A stretch of 64,000 nucleotides of DNA, from the NCBI GenBank assembly GCA_965203555.1, contig CBDBCY010000004.1, positions 256,001-320,000 on the forward strand, read 5' to 3'. The notes beneath the pieces were generated by a model. That model was not told the DNA's origin. It did no database searches and worked only from the letters and a program-made list of their open reading frames with translations. Both the position numbers and the translations under genes were made by a program. The DNA comes from Acidimicrobiia bacterium. Its GTDB lineage: Bacteria > Actinomycetota > Acidimicrobiia > Spongiisociales > ZC4RG35. Positions 61,879-64,000 of this stretch are shown here, in pieces (position 1 is the stretch's first letter; every line of letters starts with the position of its first letter).

Positions 61879-62672
61879 CGGAGGAAACCACTGTCCACCG
61901 TCCCTTTCAGGAGGGGGAGACGGCCCTTCTGATCGACGGGAAGGGAAGGCGATTCTTGGTGCTGCTGCACCCGTCCCGGCGTTTCGAATACCACATGGGA
62001 GTGGTGCCGCACGCCGACATCATCGGACAGCCCGAGGGGAGGCTGCTGCGATCCTCTTCGGGGGCGCGGCTGCGGTTGCTTCGTCCCCGGCTGGCCGACT
62101 TCATCCTGAAGATGAAACGGGGCGCCCAAGTGGTGTATCCCAAGGACATCGGACCGATCCTGATGTGGGCGGACATCGCTCCGGGCATGACTGTGGTGGA
62201 GGGGGGAACCGGGTCGGGAGCGTTGGCCATGGCCCTGGCGCGGGCAGTGGGGGAGAGCGGCCAGGTGGTCTCGGCGGAGGTCCGGGCAAACCACGCCGCC
62301 CATGCCCGCAAGATGATCACACGGTGGTTCGGTGAAGTGCCCGCTCACTTGGAGCTTCGCCAGGGGCCGGTGGAGGAGGCCATCGCCCAGGTGGGGCCCG
62401 AACGGGTGGTGCTGGACATTCCCGAACCGTGGCATGCGGCGCAAGTGGCGGCCGCGTCACAGCCGCCGGGTAGCGTGTTCTGTTCCTACCTGCCCACCGT
62501 TCCGCAGGTGCAGAAGCTGGTGGAGGAGATGAAGTCCGGCGGTGGGTTCTGCGAAACCGAGATATTCGAAACTCTCCACCGGGAATGGAATGTGTACGGT
62601 CTCTCGGTCCGTCCCCGGCACCAGATGGTGGGCCATACCGGCTTCGTGGTGGTGTCTCGCACAAGAAGCTGA
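61875..62672 (+). CDS. trmI: tRNA (adenine-58-N1)-methyltransferase
   Basis: MKRGAQVVYPKD, EGGTGSG, LDIPEPW and RP.HQMVGHTGF motifs. Confidence 0.93.
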   Translation: MTEETTVHRPFQEGETALLIDGKGRRFLVLLHPSRRFEYHMGVVPHADIIGQPEGRLLRSSSGARLRLLRPRLADFILKMKRGAQVVYPKDIGPILMWADIAPGMTVVEGGTGSGALAMALARAVGESGQVVSAEVRANHAAHARKMITRWFGEVPAHLELRQGPVEEAIAQVGPERVVLDIPEPWHAAQVAAASQPPGSVFCSYLPTVPQVQKLVEEMKSGGGFCETEIFETLHREWNVYGLSVRPRHQMVGHTGFVVVSRTRS

Positions 62673-63002
62673 GGACCGAACCCGGAAAGCTGTCGGCGCC
62701 CCCCCAAGCCGGAGGTCTCGGTAACCGGCCGCTTGCATCCTAAACCGCCGGCCCCGCCTGCAGCCGACGCTTGCGTTCCTGTCGATGTGGGGGGATCCGA
62801 TGACATACCGCCACAGGCAACGCCTGGCTTCTTGACGATTCGCTTCGCCAACCCGTCACGGACCCGGCCAAGGTCGCGCTGCAAATGGATGGAATCTATC
62901 CCGGCGCCATCCCGCTCTCGGAACAAGGAGACAATGGATGCGAGCAGCGCCCACCGCAGTGGTGAAATGTTGTGGAAAGGCGCCTGAGGCCGGTTTATTA
63001 AG

Positions 63003-63248
63003 TTAGGGCTCGATGAAGATGCACTCCCCGGGGCACTCCTCGGCGGACTCAATGGTGATGTCCTCCTGCCCGGCGGGGACCACAGCTAGACCTCCGGCGC
63101 CCTGATCGTGTCCTTCTTCTTCGGCGTAGATGGTGTCACCTTCCCGAACGTAGGCCAAGCCGTCGTCCAAGAGAACGAATACATCCGGGGCGATCTCTTC
63201 GCACAGGCCGTCACCCGTGCACAGATCCTGGTCGATCCATACCTTCAT
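63003..63248 (-). CDS. ferredoxin
   Basis: WIDQDLCTGDGLCEEIAP...ECPGECI. Confidence 0.93.
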   Translation of the reverse strand: MKVWIDQDLCTGDGLCEEIAPDVFVLLDDGLAYVREGDTIYAEEEGHDQGAGGLAVVPAGQEDITIESAEECPGECIFIEP

Positions 63249-63369
63249 ATTTGCCCTTGTCTCACGCGGTCGCGATGCGTCACTTCAATAATAACAAGCA
63301 TGGTGTCCCAACATACAATCCAATTTCGTATACTGTCCCGCACAGCCCAAAATTTCCTGAGCAGGAACG

Positions 63370-64000
63370 ATGTTCGACAAACGCCGACCCGATTACTCTG
63401 ATCCCACCGCAGTCATCGCCCACCTGGAGGGCGAATTGGCCCGGTTGCGGTCGGAGACGCCCCGGCGAATGGACGCATTGCAGCACCAGTTGGACCAGAC
63501 CCGTCGGCAACTGGACCGGGTGCGAGACCAGAACGAGAAGCTGGGGGGTCTTCTCACCGAGGCCCGGGAGCAACTGGCCATGCTCCGCACGGAAATCGAG
63601 CGACTGACCAGCCCTCCCAACCCGTTCGGGACGGTATTGAAAGTCCACACCGACGGCAAGGTGGATCTGGTGACCGGGACCCGGAAACTGCGGGTGGACG
63701 CCCAGCCTTCCATCGAGGTGAAACTGCTCCAGCCCGGGCAGCAGGTGCTGTTGAACGAGGCCTACTCCATCATCGACGTTCGCGACTTCGACGGCGCCGG
63801 AGAGGTGATGGTGGTGAAGGATCGGCTGGGGCAGGACCGGTTGCTGGTACAGGCGCACGGAGACGAGAATCGGGTAGTGTGGGTGGCCGGGCCGCTCCAG
63901 GACGTTCCTCTTCGAATGGGTGACAACGTGCGGGTGGATGTGCAGGGCAGCATGGCGCTGGAGAGACTGGCCCGACCAGAGGTGGAGGAGTTGATCCTGG
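63370..64000 (+). CDS. arc: proteasome-associated ATPase ARC/Mpa (5' part, runs off the right edge)
   Basis: Manual translation: coiled coil ..LTEAREQLAMLRTEIERLTSPP, OB domains ..GQQVLLNEA..GEV.., LERLARPEVEELIL. Confidence 0.9.
   Translation, partial: MFDKRRPDYSDPTAVIAHLEGELARLRSETPRRMDALQHQLDQTRRQLDRVRDQNEKLGGLLTEAREQLAMLRTEIERLTSPPNPFGTVLKVHTDGKVDLVTGTRKLRVDAQPSIEVKLLQPGQQVLLNEAYSIIDVRDFDGAGEVMVVKDRLGQDRLLVQAHGDENRVVWVAGPLQDVPLRMGDNVRVDVQGSMALERLARPEVEELIL

Noticed and set aside
62673-63002. 330-bp gap between trmI and the ferredoxin as an ncRNA or gene
   Set aside because: No convincing ORF, repeat or stable structure recognised.

Overview
High-GC actinobacterial DNA; Acidimicrobiia-like is my inference from gene content, Thr-rich lipoprotein linkers, leaderless starts and the ARC ATPase. 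A core block (polA-rpsA-coaE-uvrB plus a NicX-like/proline racemase/ALDH cluster) lies between two outward-facing tRNA-Leu genes (CAA on -, GAG on +). Left of it is about 30 kb of accessory DNA: a Ser/Thr dehydratase and a deleted second copy, an MMPL transporter, a nucleoside ABC/phosphorylase operon, a large amidohydrolase/LLM/peptide-ABC catabolic cluster, a PPC-repeat lipoprotein, a degenerate hybrid kinase-regulator, and IS scars. Right of tRNA-Leu(GAG) is an island with a nested IS1182-like::IS256 element, Fic, a P-loop kinase and a lipoprotein serpin. It is followed by ctaA/ctaB, an OsmC-flavoprotein pair with a long structured leader, ttuB-ttuA-trmI, a ferredoxin and the start of arc. 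The most striking unexplained signal is a near-identical ~85-bp G-rich non-coding element lying 128-129 bp downstream of both, different, tRNA-Leu genes. No CRISPR array or integrase was seen.
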